A program made the translations under genes and the position numbers. Positions 26,314-40,493 of a DNA stretch of 64,000 bases are shown here, piece after piece (position 1 is the stretch's first letter; each line of letters starts with the position of its first letter). Location: NCBI GenBank assembly GCA_050084985.1, contig JBITNC010000001.1, forward strand, positions 111,352,001 to 111,416,000, written 5' to 3'. The DNA is from Nageia nagi. Taxonomy: Eukaryota > Plantae > Pinophyta. The notes under the pieces are model-generated. The model did no database searches. It was not told the DNA's origin and worked only from the letters and a program-made list of their open reading frames with translations.

Positions 26314-29300
26314 TGGCATCTTCAATGGTATTCCAAAAATAAAAAATCTTCTTTCATGTTGTTGATGATGAGAACCATGATTTGATTGACTTAAAATTAT
26401 TGTAGTTATTTAGTTAGTTATTGAACTTATTTTTTCTCTTAAGCATTTGGTATTGTACTTTTTATGCATTATTTGTGTAAATATCTTCATGGATTTTGTG
26501 TATAATTTTGTCCTCCTACAAAAATATTCACATTAGATTGTATAAGAAAATGTGGAATGTGAAATGAGGTTTAGACCAAAAATAATTAAATACCCTCCAT
26601 AATTTTATTTTTTAATGTATTTTTTTGGGTGTGAGCATTTTGGTGGGTATTTTAAATTTAAACTCCTTTAATCTCTACAAATGGACTCCATTTTGGATAT
26701 GGTCTATGCTTAACTAGGCACTTATTTGCAATCTTAAAATTATGTCATCATCATGCCCTTTGTTGGGAAATTTAAAGCCCTTAAACCTATTCATTTTGAG
26801 CATAAGATGAAATCATTGCAGCCATGAGACCATGTATAAAATTTTTATCCCTTTCCATTGTGTATTTTGGGTGTGTCTAGATGCCTAAAGGAGGTTGTGA
26901 GACTACATTTTGCATCATGTTCTTATAAGATAATGTGTTATCTCTTTCAACAATTTGTTTGGGTTTCTTTGAGGCATTTATTATAGTCCAATAAAAAATG
27001 TCTTCAAGGATCATATTGGAAAATGATTTGGACCTTTCAATGTATTTTTTGTGTATAGTAGGTTCCCATTGGTAACTATGAAATTGGATTTGTTTCTTCA
27101 TTTTGGCAAAGCTTCGTTGCCCATATATGAGAGTTCCTTGTCTTTAATCTTCTCCTCATCTCAACCACCTATAACATAGATCCATTTATAAATAATTTTT
27201 CAGATGAAGTATTACAAAGGAGGCATTATTACAAAATTTAGTAGTTTCAAGTTAGATTGAGAGGGAGGATGAGAAAAATTTGTTGATGAGCTCTCTAATC
27301 TGACTAATTGGGTACCATTTCTATTGGTTGAATTGAGTTAGTTGTTAACAGAATGGATGCTACCTCTTATTGTTGAGTTTTTAATTGGATATAACCAACT
27401 GATTTTTCATCCCACCTATAAAATAAAACCTAAAAATTATTTTGTATATTTACCAAAAAATCTAAAATTAACAACTATTATTTATTAAATATATAATTTT
27501 TAATATCTAAAATTATAATTTTTGAATTTTTATCTTTTTTCAACTTAATAAAAATTTGCTAATTTAACCCATTAATATTCCTAGGCAAATTAATATTGGA
27601 ACTTCCTAGTTCAATGCCCATTTTTTGTGATACTTATTTTTTTATCTTCATTCCATGTCAATTGAAATAAGTGGTCAGATGATCATTTTTTCTTTCTAGT
27701 TGATCAAGAATGACATGTTTGAAGTTCAAATCTATTTTTAGGGGGATTTTGTAAACAATTGATTAAATTGCTCAATAAGGTTCAACAGAGGTTTCAAAGT
27801 GTAACTTGTGCATTTGGACTTCTTTTATTTTATTTTATCTATTTTGGAGTGTTCTTGACTTCAAGATAATTGTAACAAGTGGTTACATGACATATTTTGA
27901 TCATTCCTTCTTGCTAAAAAATCCATTCAAAATTATAAGAATTAGTTATTTAATTAAATCAATGATACTTAATAAAGATATATATTTAATACCTTGATAT
28001 TTGTAGCTCCATTTGATGAGATGTCAAAAGGAGCAAATCCATAATTCAAAACTATTCAATGTTAAATAACAAAATCCATCATTTTTAATTTTCAATTTGA
28101 TCATATTTGATTTCACCCATTCTTGAGTAAATGCCTTTAACATGGGGATATATGATCACCAACGTACATGTACTTTCATTTTAAAGTGAAGTGATGTATA
28201 TCTAATGCAAAAAAAAATGCAATGATGATCTCAAAGAATAAAATCCAAGCCTATTACTCAATTTCTAGCAAAAACTACATTTAATGCCTTTCTCATGGGG
28301 TCTCATATTAGGATAACTTCATTCGATGAGTTCACCTACATAGATCATGAATGTTGATCAAGTGTGATAAGAATAAGATACCAAATAAAAGCATATGCAA
28401 TACTAAGATTGATTTTGAAGCAAATTCAAGATTTAAAAAAAAATTCATATTTCTTATCAATAATCCTTGATCACAAGAACATAAAGATGACACTTGAGAG
28501 CATGTGAAATATCAAAGTCAGTCTTAAAATAATATCAAGGCACAAAAAGATTTAATTTTAAACTTGAGCTTTGGCACAAAAGGCTCAACATCAACATTTA
28601 AAAATTTTAATCAAACTAAAAGACTTGATTTATGTATTTTTTTAATTCCAATTTTGATAGCTCGAAATTGGATGGTAACATGAATTAACTTATAATATGA
28701 ATTATATCACATTAATTGAATTGGCTTTGGGAAATATACTAAATATATGTGTGAATTATCTAAAGTTTGGATCATATTCTTAATTCACATTGAAATATTT
28801 ATGACATGAAAGATAAAATTGTTCGGGTATGATATCATATATATAAAGAGTGGAATATTTTTGAGTTAACATCAAGATTTGTAAGAAGAAATGGTATGTT
28901 GATTTTGAATATGATGGATTTTAAACACCTAAGTTACATATCACAATATTTGATTTTACAAATCCTATTGCTTGTATAAATGAAATATAAATATGTCATA
29001 TTATATTATATAGCTCAAAATAAAAAGGCTTTATTTAGTTATTGATTATTTGAGCAATAATGGTTAAGAAATAGATTACAAGCAAGATGAATCAAATAAA
29101 TCATGTATCTACATGGAATGATTTTGTAATTATGCTAATTGAGAAGTGTGATAAACCAACTATTAATGATGATAAAATAAGGTATGATTTTCATTCTAAT
29201 TTTAATGTTGGGACGATCATGATTTTTGAAAAAGATTTTCAAAGCTATAATAAAATCTTAAGTCTAAACTTTCCTAAATAATTAAAAGAGTATAAATCTC

Positions 29301-29671
29301 AAAGTAAAGTGAAAACCCTAATGGCCTACTTGAGTATATGGGATTATGAAAAAATGAAGCTAAGAAAATTTGCATTCATATTGATATCAAATTGTGCAAA
29401 GAACATAACAATTATAGACCATGAAAAATTAATTATAATTAAATATAAAATAAATTATAATAATATACACATTACTAAGATAATTCTTATTAATTATAAA
29501 TCCACAAATATAAGAATTAATATGTAAGGTTACAACCCCATTCAATAATTAAAAAATATAAGTAACAATGGAGTGAGCATACCTCTTTTGATGTTAATAT
29601 TCAAATAATGTAACTTGAGTGTTAATGGGATTGGATCAGATCTTCAAAAACATAATTTAGATTCACAATGT

Positions 29672-31208
29672 TGTTGATGTAAAATGTGTAATAAAGCACT
29701 AAGATCAATACAATCAAAGTATATCATGAACAGGATAACATGGTAACCTGATCTCCAAAGTAGGCTAGTTCCTTATCTATTAGGGTAGATGAAAAGAGCA
29801 AATAACAAGAAAGAAATGAAAGAGGATTGAGTGCAATAAATGAAACAAAAGAGATAGGGATCAAGAGTAAATCAAAAGGGGAAGATCACTAGTTTAGCAT
29901 AGGATTTCACATAGCATGAAACCTTGGCAAGAATCTAGTGTAATAGCCACGATGTAAGCTTTCATTCTCTAAATTATGCTTTAGCTTAACTCTTCCATGT
30001 AAGCAGATAGTTATACCAACAAATTATTGTTTTTATTTAGGAAATATCCATTACTTGCCATAATATAACTAAATTAAAAATAATAAGACCAAGCATTGGA
30101 TAAGAAAGGCCAAGATGGCATTGTATAATTGATAGAACAATAGGTCTTTGAAAATAAATACAAGGGGCAATACTAGGGATTTTGACCTCTTTTTCCTATC
30201 TTTGACTAAATTTATACTAGGCTAGAGCAATTACAGAATGATTAAAACAAAACAATTACAAAATGGCCTAAATATTCTTGTCTTCTTTTAATAAATGGCT
30301 AACTATCTTTGCCACATGTCATTTTATTCCTAAAATTGAAAAGCCTAAACTATAACAACATTTAAAATATGATGGACATACTTCATGGGTGTTATTTGAA
30401 CTTGTATTACAATTATGAAAGAATCTCTAACTGACTATGGTGATTTCAAAGTTTCTTCATTTTCCAATGGTTATTTTGGAGCCTTCTCGATCTTTGACAC
30501 ATGTTCTGAAGTTCTTTGGTGAAGTTTTTATTGGGTAGAGATCCCATTTATTACATCTAACATCATCAATTCCAAACCATTTTATTTGAAACATCACATC
30601 CTTTTGTGCCTTTATGAGATGAAGCAAATAACTTCAGGAGATTTCAATCTTACTTATAATGTCATCCTTATTTAGACCCATTATTTTGGCTAAAATGGGC
30701 TTCACTCTATTTTGCTTACATTACATTCTTTCATGCTTTGGAATCAATTGACTTAGCCACTGTGGAACTTTTAACACTACCTACTGATGTCATTACTCTC
30801 GGGGTTTGATTTTAGAAAAGCCTCTACTTTGTTGACATCACTTCTTTTATGCCTCAAAATAATTATCCACCACAAAAAATTTAACACTACCTATTGACAT
30901 CATTACTCTCAAGGTCTAGTTTTAGAAGAGCCTCTACTCTGCTGACATCACTTCTTTTATGCCTCAGAATACCTAGCCATTAAGGAACTTTTAATGCTAC
31001 CTACTGATGTCATTACTCTTGGGGTCCAATTTTAGAAGAACCTCTATTATATTGACATCACTCTCTTTTATACTCCAAAAAATACTATACTTAGTATATT
31101 TTCCCATCAAAACTATTTGGAAGCTTGCTGAAACACTCATCTTATAGATAAGTAAGGACAATATGTGCTAAGAAGCTACTAGGGTGTTGTACTATGTATG
31201 TATATACA
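29672..31208 (-). repeat. 3' LTR of the Tat element
   Basis: Direct repeat of 40494-42030 (about 90% identical by eye), TG..CA ends, three ~110-bp internal repeats at 30760-31080. Confidence 0.95.
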
Positions 31209-31529
31209 TTTTGGTGATATCTATAGGATAATTTTTCTTTTCATATAAGATGTTTTGGACCCAACACAAAACTTTAAAAAAAATGGAGAGAGAGACCAAG
31301 ATTCAATTTTGTAGACTTAGGAGCTATTGAACCTTTCCCCAATTCACAACTACCCCAGAGAAGTCTTTTAACCAAGATTGAGCTAAAGATACAGTGTTCA
31401 AAACTTCATAACATGCTTTCCCATGTTTTTGCAACAATTACTATAAGCTAACCCCAACCTCTAACCAAGAATCAAAGAGTTTTAACAAATTTACCTTACA
31501 AAAGTAGATAGCAACGCTTCTACATCATC

Positions 31530-34490
31530 AGCCTACTTACTAAGTTTTTGAATATTTTCCAAGAATTTTGATTTAGGGACTAGCGAGTCATCAATCCTCC
31601 ATAGTTTTGGGACTCTGAATGTGGATAATTTTTTTAGTTCTACCTTCAAGGTCTCTTTTCCTTGCACTTGATTTAACACACTATTTATGATCTCTTGATA
31701 GACCCATTTTCCCCACACTAAGTAATTAATTGCCACCATGAGTTCTAATCGATCTCCAATATTTAAGGCCTATAAATATTCATTATAAATTTCATTTAGT
31801 TTCTTATTTTTCCTCTTAGCTTCCTATAATATGAGAAAGAGAATGCCCTCACTCCTACTGACATCTACTTCAAGCCATTTCAGTTCTAATAAACACATCT
31901 CCACATGGTCCTTGAGATGAATCCAGTCCTTGATTTCTTAGGACCTTTGTTCCCAAAATTTTGCCTTTATAGTGAATAAGAAATTTCTATCCATTTTGTA
32001 CTTACTCATTCTCTATTGCAATTGAGCTATATTGGCAATTAGGTTATCAATGATTGAATCTTTTGATGCAACTTCTACCATCCTTGTGGCTATTTCTACA
32101 TCCTTTTCAACAATAATGGTATCTTCTTTATTCATGCTATCAATAGTAGGATCAAAAGCTAAACTTTTCTCAAAATAGCTACATCATTATTGGTAGCTTT
32201 CATATTGATATTTTATGTATCCAACTACTTCTTTATTGCTTCATGAGCCTTTTGAAGCTTATTGTACTTGGCTTCCAACTTGGTTAACTCTGATATATTC
32301 AAGTCTATAGTAGTTTGCAAGAGCTCATTCTTGTCACTTTGAGGAATGCTTCTCATGTCTATTTTCATCTGGGTTTTCATGGAATTCAAATCACTCTATC
32401 CCTCTTAGAGTTCTTGGGAAATGGCCATCTTTAGCACTTTATTTTTTGAATCTACAGAGGTCTAGAGCCTTACCAAATTATCCAATACTGGGGTCTTCTT
32501 TAATTTACTTTGCATCCATTCTTCTTGATTGCTCTTCATTTGTTGGTATTATTGCATAATACCATCAATAGACACCTACTACCTAGATATGATGATAAAT
32601 AGAGAATCAACACCCAAATCCTAGGGAAGGGAGGCCAAAACTTATTTTGCTGGTGTCATAAGACTAGCTTGGCTAGGACCTAGGTTGCTAATACTGATGG
32701 GATTTATTGAGAATGGTGGTGGTGATGATATCAATGAGAGGAGTAATAAGGGAAATATATGTATAATGAGTAGGTTCATGCCATTGGGAAGGTGTAGGTA
32801 ACAATAGAATTAGTTGTGTGGTGGGTGTTAGAGAGGTTGTTACAGTTGTAGAAAGGGGGGCTGGAGTAGAGACGGGTGAGACAACTTGAATAGAGGGGGT
32901 ATCTAAAAGAGAAGTAGAAGGAGGAGAGAAAGAGAGTGTACCTATTGGAGTGGATTTCCTTCTCTTCTTCTTTAGTGAAAGGGAGACCTTCTTAGCTTTC
33001 CTCTTTATTGTATACACTTCTTTCCCTTTTGGTGTCTCTTATACATCTTGGGAGGTAGCCTCTTCTCCAGCTTGTTCTTCTAGGCTAGTCCTTTAGAATT
33101 TTGGTTGATCTACTTCTTCTTCTTCATCATCACTTTTCGGATACTCTTTGGTAGGGTCATCTAAAGCATGCTTCATTTTCCACATTTTTTTGAACACACC
33201 ATTGAGATCAAACTCAATAGGAGTAAATTTGTTCCTCGATTCGATTTGATATTGGTTAAATGTGGTGATTTTCTCCTCACTCCACTTAAGCCTTCTCAAT
33301 GTGGCCAAAGTTTTTTTTGGAATTGAATCCATCCTTGGATTAAAATTTGCCTTCTTTTCCTAAAAATTCATCCATGGTGGTAATAGATCTTTAATAATCA
33401 AGGACATAAGCATAGGTTTATCTTTATTTCTCAAATGTCTCCATTGATATAATGTAGGTTTAGCTTCCACTCTAAAGCTGGGAGGATTGGGCTGATTTTT
33501 CAACCTTTTGCAAAACACATATTCAGGATCATATAACCTATACTAATTGATCCTTTTCAATTTCAACCTGAGTAGCTTCTCCTTTAGTTGGTCACCTCCT
33601 CCCTGACATTGAAGTACCAAGTCATGCACCTTATGGGGTAGAGCATAGTAATCAATCGATGATATTACTTCCTCAATCCATTTATCTATAGACCTAAGGG
33701 ACCCATCTCCTTCAAGCCTAGTTAAGGTTAATTTTTTGAAAAAACTCAAATTTTGGTGGATCAACAAACAAATAATGTACGATGCAAATGCAAAGTGATA
33801 CTCCTGATCAATTTCTTCTAGTTGCTTTGAAATCTTATCTGAAATAGCAATAGCCCAATCATAAATGATAGGAGTATTTGGATGAGAGATTTGGTAGGCT
33901 ATTGTGAGTTTTGTTAGTGAAATATATTTATCTAATCTTTCCCTAGCTGCTACTGACAACATGGATAAAAATAATTGTAAATGCGAGAAACTAGATAGCA
34001 ACACTTTTGAATTTGGAACTTCTAGAAAATTTAAAGCTCCTTCTACATTTCTATTCAACCAAGATAGGATATTCACCCTCAATTTTGAGCTTGAATTTAT
34101 ATCCCAATTTATCAAGATAAGGGGATAAAATGGAGTAGGTGGATTAAAAGGACTTGCTAGAGATGCAGGGTCTAGGTTGAAAATTACCTTCCCCTACAAA
34201 TCCCTTATGACTCTCATTGTAGGATCAAACACTCCTTTTATCAACTCTATCAATTTTGAAATTTGAAAGCATCTATGGGGGATAAAATACATGAGCCTTG
34301 ACCCCATTGGTGCATGAGAAATATGAAACCAAAAATAGGACACTTACCTTCTACGATGCCCTTCAAATTCTTGTTCTGAGCTATTATTTTGGTATCCCAG
34401 AACAAATCCATTGAATCAACAACCCTTTTAACTACCTTTCTTGGAGTAGGTAGTATACTTTTTTAGACTATGCTTCCAAGTATACTAGGC
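31530..34490 (-). pseudogene. Extra ORF downstream of integrase (PMD-like N-terminal domain, Ser/Thr/Pro linker, coiled-coil tail)
   Basis: Colinear fragments 33543-34115 (YDWAIAISDKISKQL..FAFASYIICLL), 33093-33332, 32688-33017 and 31533-31739 on the sense strand between INT and the 3' LTR. Confidence 0.75.
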
Positions 34491-34869
34491 TCTAACTTAA
34501 TAATTTTGAATGATGCTCTATGATTCTTGGATCTATTGAAGGCTAGGAAATTAGATAATTACAACTCTTCAAAGGCTTTAGATTTTGTATGTTTTAAAAT
34601 GCATCAACTTGGATTCTTTTATGCTTAAATTACCTTGCTTCACATTTGCTTTTGCAATCGTGTGATATAACTACTACATCATTTGCATTAATAATTGATT
34701 TGATATTCTTGAACTTTTCTTAGGAACTTTGATTCCAATGGTGCTAGAAATGCCCTAAGCCATTAATATTATTATTTATCAAAACATACTACTATTTTGG
34801 AAATTAAATGTAAAACATACCATATTTACAATATTTACAAGAGTAGTAGATTCTCTTTTAAAAGCAATC

Positions 34870-36050
34870 TCCCACCCATGTAGGCTTGTAGTGTTTCAAA
34901 TGCTACCCATTTACTAAAATTGGCAACCTATTGAACTTGTCTACTTTCAAGGCATTTCTCCAATGCATTTGGCTCTGATGTATGGTCCTAACCATAAAGA
35001 TTCAAACTTCTTATGCTTTTTAGGCTTGGCTCTATCTTCATCCCATTTTAAGACAAGGTCTCCCTCTTTAAAGATGTTCGAAGAAGCTTTTCAAGTATCA
35101 AACAATTTCTTTACAACTTCATTTCTCTTTTGTAAATATAGATACACATTATTACAATATTCTTCCATATGTAATGGTTTATTCATCTGGACTTAAAGTG
35201 GTTCAAATTTCTCACTGTACTCTTGAAGCATTGTCAGAGCAGGGAGCTCTATATAACTTGGTAGCAAAGCCCTTTTTCCATATACCAATGCATATGGACT
35301 GGCCTTAATAGATAACTTTATAGTAATTCTATATGCCCATAATGCCTAATTTAGCTTTTCATGCTAGGTATAGGGATTATCCTCTACATTCCTCTTGAGA
35401 ATCCTTAATAAATTTTTATTTGTCCATTTAGTGAGTCCATTACCCTATGGATAATAATTTGAGAAAGTTTTCTAGTAGATTTTGTATCTAATAGCAAAAT
35501 TGGTGATATATACCCCTACAAATGCTGAGCCATTATTAGAGATGATCATTTAAGGGATTGCATACCTAATAATTAGCTTTTTAATGAATTTTAGAATAGT
35601 TTTCTGATTTGCCTCTTTCACAGCTTTTGTTTCGACCCATCTAGTGAAATAGTCAATGGTGATGAGGATGAATTTATGCCCAATTGAGGAATTTGGATTG
35701 ATAATCCCAATAAAGTATAATCCCCACTATTGGAATAGTTCTACCTAGATTGGTTCTAATGGTAAAGCTACCTTTCTCTTCTTTCCTACAAACCATTGAC
35801 ATTTCTCACAGCATAAAACCCTTGCAAAAGCATCTTTGAACATAGTGGGCCAATAATAACCTACTTGAATTATTTTACCCATCATTATATAACCAAAATA
35901 ATGACCTTTGATACCCCAAAATTAAACTCTTTGATCAACTTTTTTATCTTAGATGAAGGTATACACCTCAGCAATATTCCATCATGATTCCTTCCATACA
36001 ACACTTGGTCAATTTTTGTATAATTTTGGGCATGGATTTTAAATATTCTC
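34870..36050 (-). pseudogene. Integrase
   Basis: GYYWPTM (~35860), FILITIDYFTRWVE (~35670-35630), IISNNGS, SLWLGPY (GPY/F module, ~34990). Confidence 0.9.
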
Positions 36051-36149
36051 CTCTATGATATGTTCAAATATGCAGGGATTTTCTTGGATTCAAAATACCT
36101 ATTTAATTGGCCCATCTATTCACTTTCCTCCATACCTATTTCTTCTTCC

Positions 36150-37240
36150 AGAATTACTTATTTAGTGAAATGCACACTATATTTTGCTTCTATGGCATCC
36201 CTAGCTAATTGTTCACAAAGGGCCTTTCCCTTTATGAGCTTAGTAGGTTTGATTTCCACATCATATCTTAAAATTTTAGAAATACATCTAGGTATCCCCT
36301 CTTTAATTTCTCCTTGCATTATATAAGATCTAACATCTGGATGTATGGTCAAGACTAGGACTCTGCTCTGACTTATATAATTGTTTCAACTTTCCTAAAG
36401 ACTTTAGTATTGCTTGGACTTATTTTTCTAAGACAGTGTACTTCTCTTTGCTCTTATTCATAGTTTGAATGAAAAAAGCAATAGGATATTCTTCATCCTT
36501 TTTGAATTTCTACATTAGGATGGTCGCAATACTTAAACTAGAGCCATATGCATACAAAATGAACTCTTTGCTGAACTCTTTACCTTCTTTAGTCCATTTG
36601 AACACAACATTTTTCTTTAACATGAGATTAATAGGCTTAAAAATGCTGGAAAAATCTTGAATAAATCTTCTTACAAAGTTAATCTATCCTAGAAAAGATT
36701 GTAAGGGCTTTTTGTTGGAAGGGACCTATCTAGATCGATAGCCCAACCTTCTTTTGAAATAACATGTCCAATAAGATTTCCCTCATCTACTGCAAAAATA
36801 AAATTTTTTGGATTTAAGAAAATTGAATACCTTTTGTATTTGATAAAATCCTACTTTATATGTTGCACATGGGAACTTTTATCATGGGATAAAATAGTGA
36901 TGTCATCCAAATATACTAGCATGCTTTTATTTACCATTTCTCCAAAAGCATAGTCCATAGCTCTTTGAAAGGTTGCTCCTGCATTTGATAATTCAAAAGG
37001 GATTCTTTGGAAAGCAAACATTCCCCATTTGGTTGTAAAATTCATTTTGAACTGATCTTCATTTTTTACCCAAACCTGGTTATACCCTGAAAAACCATCT
37101 AATAATGAGAATCTTTCTGCTCTGACTATAGTATTCAATATTTGTTTTGTAGGTGGTAGAGAATAATGATATTTAATGAGACTCTATTTAAACCTTTGAA
37201 ATCCACACATAATCAAATCTCTCCATTTTTCTTTCTAATT
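36150..37240 (-). pseudogene. Reverse transcriptase and RNase H (N-terminal part of RT appears deleted)
   Basis: LCVDFKGLNR, FSLLDGFSGYNQV, PFELSNAGATFQRAM, LVYLDDI (36851-37138); KPTKLIKGKALCEQL (36158-36352). Confidence 0.92.
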
Positions 37241-37449
37241 TTTAAAATTTTTTAGGAAGAATTTCATACTCCTTATGATTATCAAAGTTTATAATTATAC
37301 CCTTTCTTCTTACCCTAGTCATTTATGTTGAACAACCCTTCAAATGGGATCATATCTATAGGAATTATATTATTGTTCAATTGGATTATATATTGTTCCT
37401 GAAAGATGTCAACATCTTCTTCTCCTATCACATGACACACATACTACTA

Positions 37450-37960
37450 TAATAAAATTAATTAATTTGAGCCTCATCGCTAAAGACTTGCCAAAAGGAA
37501 TCGTTATCCAGAATATAAGGTCTAAAGATAAGTTGAACCCCCTTTTTTTGGAACCAGTCATTAATGGGGTTAAAATTTGGTCCCATTTGAGCCAGTGCAT
37601 CAGCTTCATGGTTCAACCTCCTTGGAATAGATTGTATGTGTAGAGCTTCAAAATTTTCAAATAGATCCCACACTCTATTCTTGTAAGACTTTAAATAATG
37701 ATGTTTAATAGAACACTTGCTTGTAACTTGGTTTACAATCAACTCTAAGTCTCCTTTAATTTTCACATAATGGATCTACATTTTAATCATTTGCTCTAGT
37801 CCAAGGCAAAGGGCTTCATACTTAGCTACATTATTGGTGCACATCCATGTGAGCCTATAGGAGAACTTATGCATTTACCCTTTTGTATCAATTAGAATAA
37901 TCCTAGTACCTAATCCATTTCTAGATTTGGCTCCATCAAAGAACATTTCCCAGACTTCAC
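37450..37960 (-). pseudogene. Additional (archaeal-type) RNase H domain, aRH
   Basis: WEMFFDGAKSRNGLG, CTNNVAKYEAL, IKGDLELIVNQV, IPRRLNHEADALA: the RNase HI catalytic motifs. Confidence 0.9.
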
Positions 37961-38198
37961 CTCTTTTGAACTCTTCACTGGTGAGTTTTGGGATGAAAGA
38001 CTCTAGTTCCATCAAACAATAATTCCCAAACTCCATGTCATAAATGGTGTTAAGCATATTCATAGACATGGGGTTTTTGGTTTGCAATTCTTCCAACAAC
38101 AACTCACTCTCTTCTAAATCACTCAGAATTGCATTGATTTCTTCCTTCTTTTCTACATGAACACTAAAGTTTTTTTCATTATCCAGCTTTACTCTCTT

Positions 38199-38615
38199 TT
38201 ACCCATAAGGAATTAAATAGTGAGTGTAATCCATTACTAAATAACCCCCTATTTTTGCTATGAATTCTCTAGATAGACATAACCCAAAAAGAGGAGGGAG
38301 TTCAACTACTACAATTTCTTGAGTGATAACCACAGAGGGACATTTATGTATCTTTAAGACTATGTCCTTGATAACTCCAACCATTTTAACTGGGGTTGAG
38401 TCTAACTGCAACACTCCTATGGATGTTCTAGTAAGAGGTAGCCCCATTACATCACATACTACTTTAGGCATGATGGTAGTGGCTACTCTGGAATTAACTA
38501 GATAGTTATGTAGCACATACCCCTTGACCTCTAAAGTCATATAAAAAGCTGATGGTTTATTTTTTCCCATCCTTGGGTACTTGGATGTCTCAAACAAATT
38601 CAATACCCTATCCAT
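38199..38615 (-). pseudogene. Aspartic protease
   Basis: LHNYLVNSRVATTIMP is a decayed L(V)DSGA..IMP motif; C-terminal LCLSREF. Confidence 0.85.
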
Positions 38616-39499
38616 TCCTTCATTTAATGCTATAAGAGATGTCCTAAGTAAATTGATTTGCCCAATTTTTTTTAAAGCATCAAATAAAGATATCTTTGAA
38701 GGAGTTCTCTTTAATTCTTTGACAATATTGAAATTATGTATGATTGGAGACTGACCTTCTTTATTGGCAAACCTTTGTTGAAACTACTATGTATCATCCT
38801 TCCTTTTATGACTAGTAAACAAGGGGAATCTTAACTTTTGGACCATGTGATCATTGACTTCACCAACTTTAAGCATCTATCTAGCTTTTGAAACTATAAA
38901 TTTATGAGGTGCAACCTCTTTTGGGAGTGTCATGTTTGAAGAAATGGGAGCTGTATTGGGCTTCTTAGATGTTACTAAATCATGACCTTTTTAAGTTTTA
39001 GCTCTTTTATCTAGTATATTTGATACATGAGGCCTCTTTGCAAACCTTATTTCTATAGCAAAAACACCTACATCTACTGGGGTGAAATTTATTAAATTTA
39101 CATTTCAGCTTATGTCATTAGCCATGCCAAGTGGAGGAATCCCTCCACTTCTAGACAAATACTTCTGATATTGATATATAGGGCAATAATTGCAAGCTAA
39201 ATATAAGCTTAATTTCTATTAAAAAGAAGAATCTTGATCTATATCCTCTAATAACACATGGTGATCTTGAGCTTTTTCTACAGCTAGATATGGGAATCTC
39301 TTGGCATTACTTTGTCTACTCAAGAGGGTGATCTCATTTTCCATATTCCTACAAAAAGATTTCAATTCTTGTATCTCACTTTGAGAGGAAGTTACCTAAT
39401 TTATCCCTAATTGATGTGGGGCTAGAAGAGCTAGAGGAGCTCTTGGGGAAGGCAAGGCTTGTGGGAATTATTGAGTCGGTGTAGGAATTAAGCCAAAGG

Positions 39500-40363
39500 T
39501 GGGGCCATACAAATTGTTGAGGGTATTATTACTTGATTTTATGGTAACATTGGAAAGTATGGCATTGGCATGTGGCTAGGTAGCTTTCCTACCAAAATGA
39601 GACAAGCTTCAACAAATGTTGCTTATCTGTAGACCTTAGAAAAAGTGGTTACTCTAGAATTTTGAATTTGCAAAGAGAGATCTAGAGAAAAGGCCATCAA
39701 ATAATACATCAAAGATTAAGATTCTTAAGGCCTAACCGATACCAAAACCCTTTTATAATATTTTTGAAACCTAATATTAAAATATAGAATATTCTCCTGT
39801 TTACATCTTTTGATAGAGGTGAACTGAGTTAGTAAGGAGGAGGGGTCTCCTACTTTATTAAATTCAAGGATGAAAGGCTCTACCAATTGAGCCTAGGAAG
39901 TTATAGATTCACTATCAAGGATTTTATACCAATCAAGAACCTTGCCCTTGAAATATTAAGCTAGCATTCTTACCATGACATCTTCATGCTAAATATTATG
40001 GAGCTTTGCCAGACTAGCTACATCCACACAATGTTCATAGGTTGTCTTCTCCATGGTGGTGTCGAACTCAAGTAGAGTTTTAAAGACATTCCCTAGTATA
40101 TCATGCAGTGTAGCTAGAGCCAAAGGTACCCCATCATCTAATGCAAGGTAGATATTTGGAGTAGGATTAGTCATTTTAGGAGGAGCAATCCCAATATGTT
40201 GGTCGAATGGTACTATTTTGAATAGGGATTCTAAAGTGTTGATACTACTTAAAGATCTAGACTTGATCAGAGTATTTCTTTGAGGAGTAACAAGTTCTTT
40301 AAAATTTGATACCTCTTTAGCTATTTTGGATTTTGATCTTGTCCACATAAACTCTAATAACAA
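39500..40363 (-). pseudogene. gag
   Basis: Starts just after the PBS; MLA*YFKGKVLDWYKIL..SWAQLVEPF (Retrotrans_gag-like) at ~39970-39880. Confidence 0.75.
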
Positions 40364-40465
40364 TTAAAGAATTTAGATTCAACAAGTAATAATAAGAACT
40401 ATAAATCTGCCTTGATACATACCATTAATACTGCTTCTAGCAAAGTCACCAATGAAATTTTTTGG

Positions 40466-40483
40466 GTCCCACTAGATGTGCCA
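40466..40483 (-). promoter_or_regulatory. Primer-binding site, tRNA-Arg type
   Basis: TGGCACATCTAGTGGGAC versus remembered TGGCACGCCCGGTGGGAC; all four differences are C>T/G>A transitions; 10 nt from the LTR. Confidence 0.8.
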
Positions 40484-40493
40484 AAAGATATAC

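Noticed and set aside
26850-28500. Possible hAT/DNA-transposon remnants (also 51780-52450, 54300-55400)
   Set aside because: Too decayed; no TIR, TSD or catalytic motif I can support.
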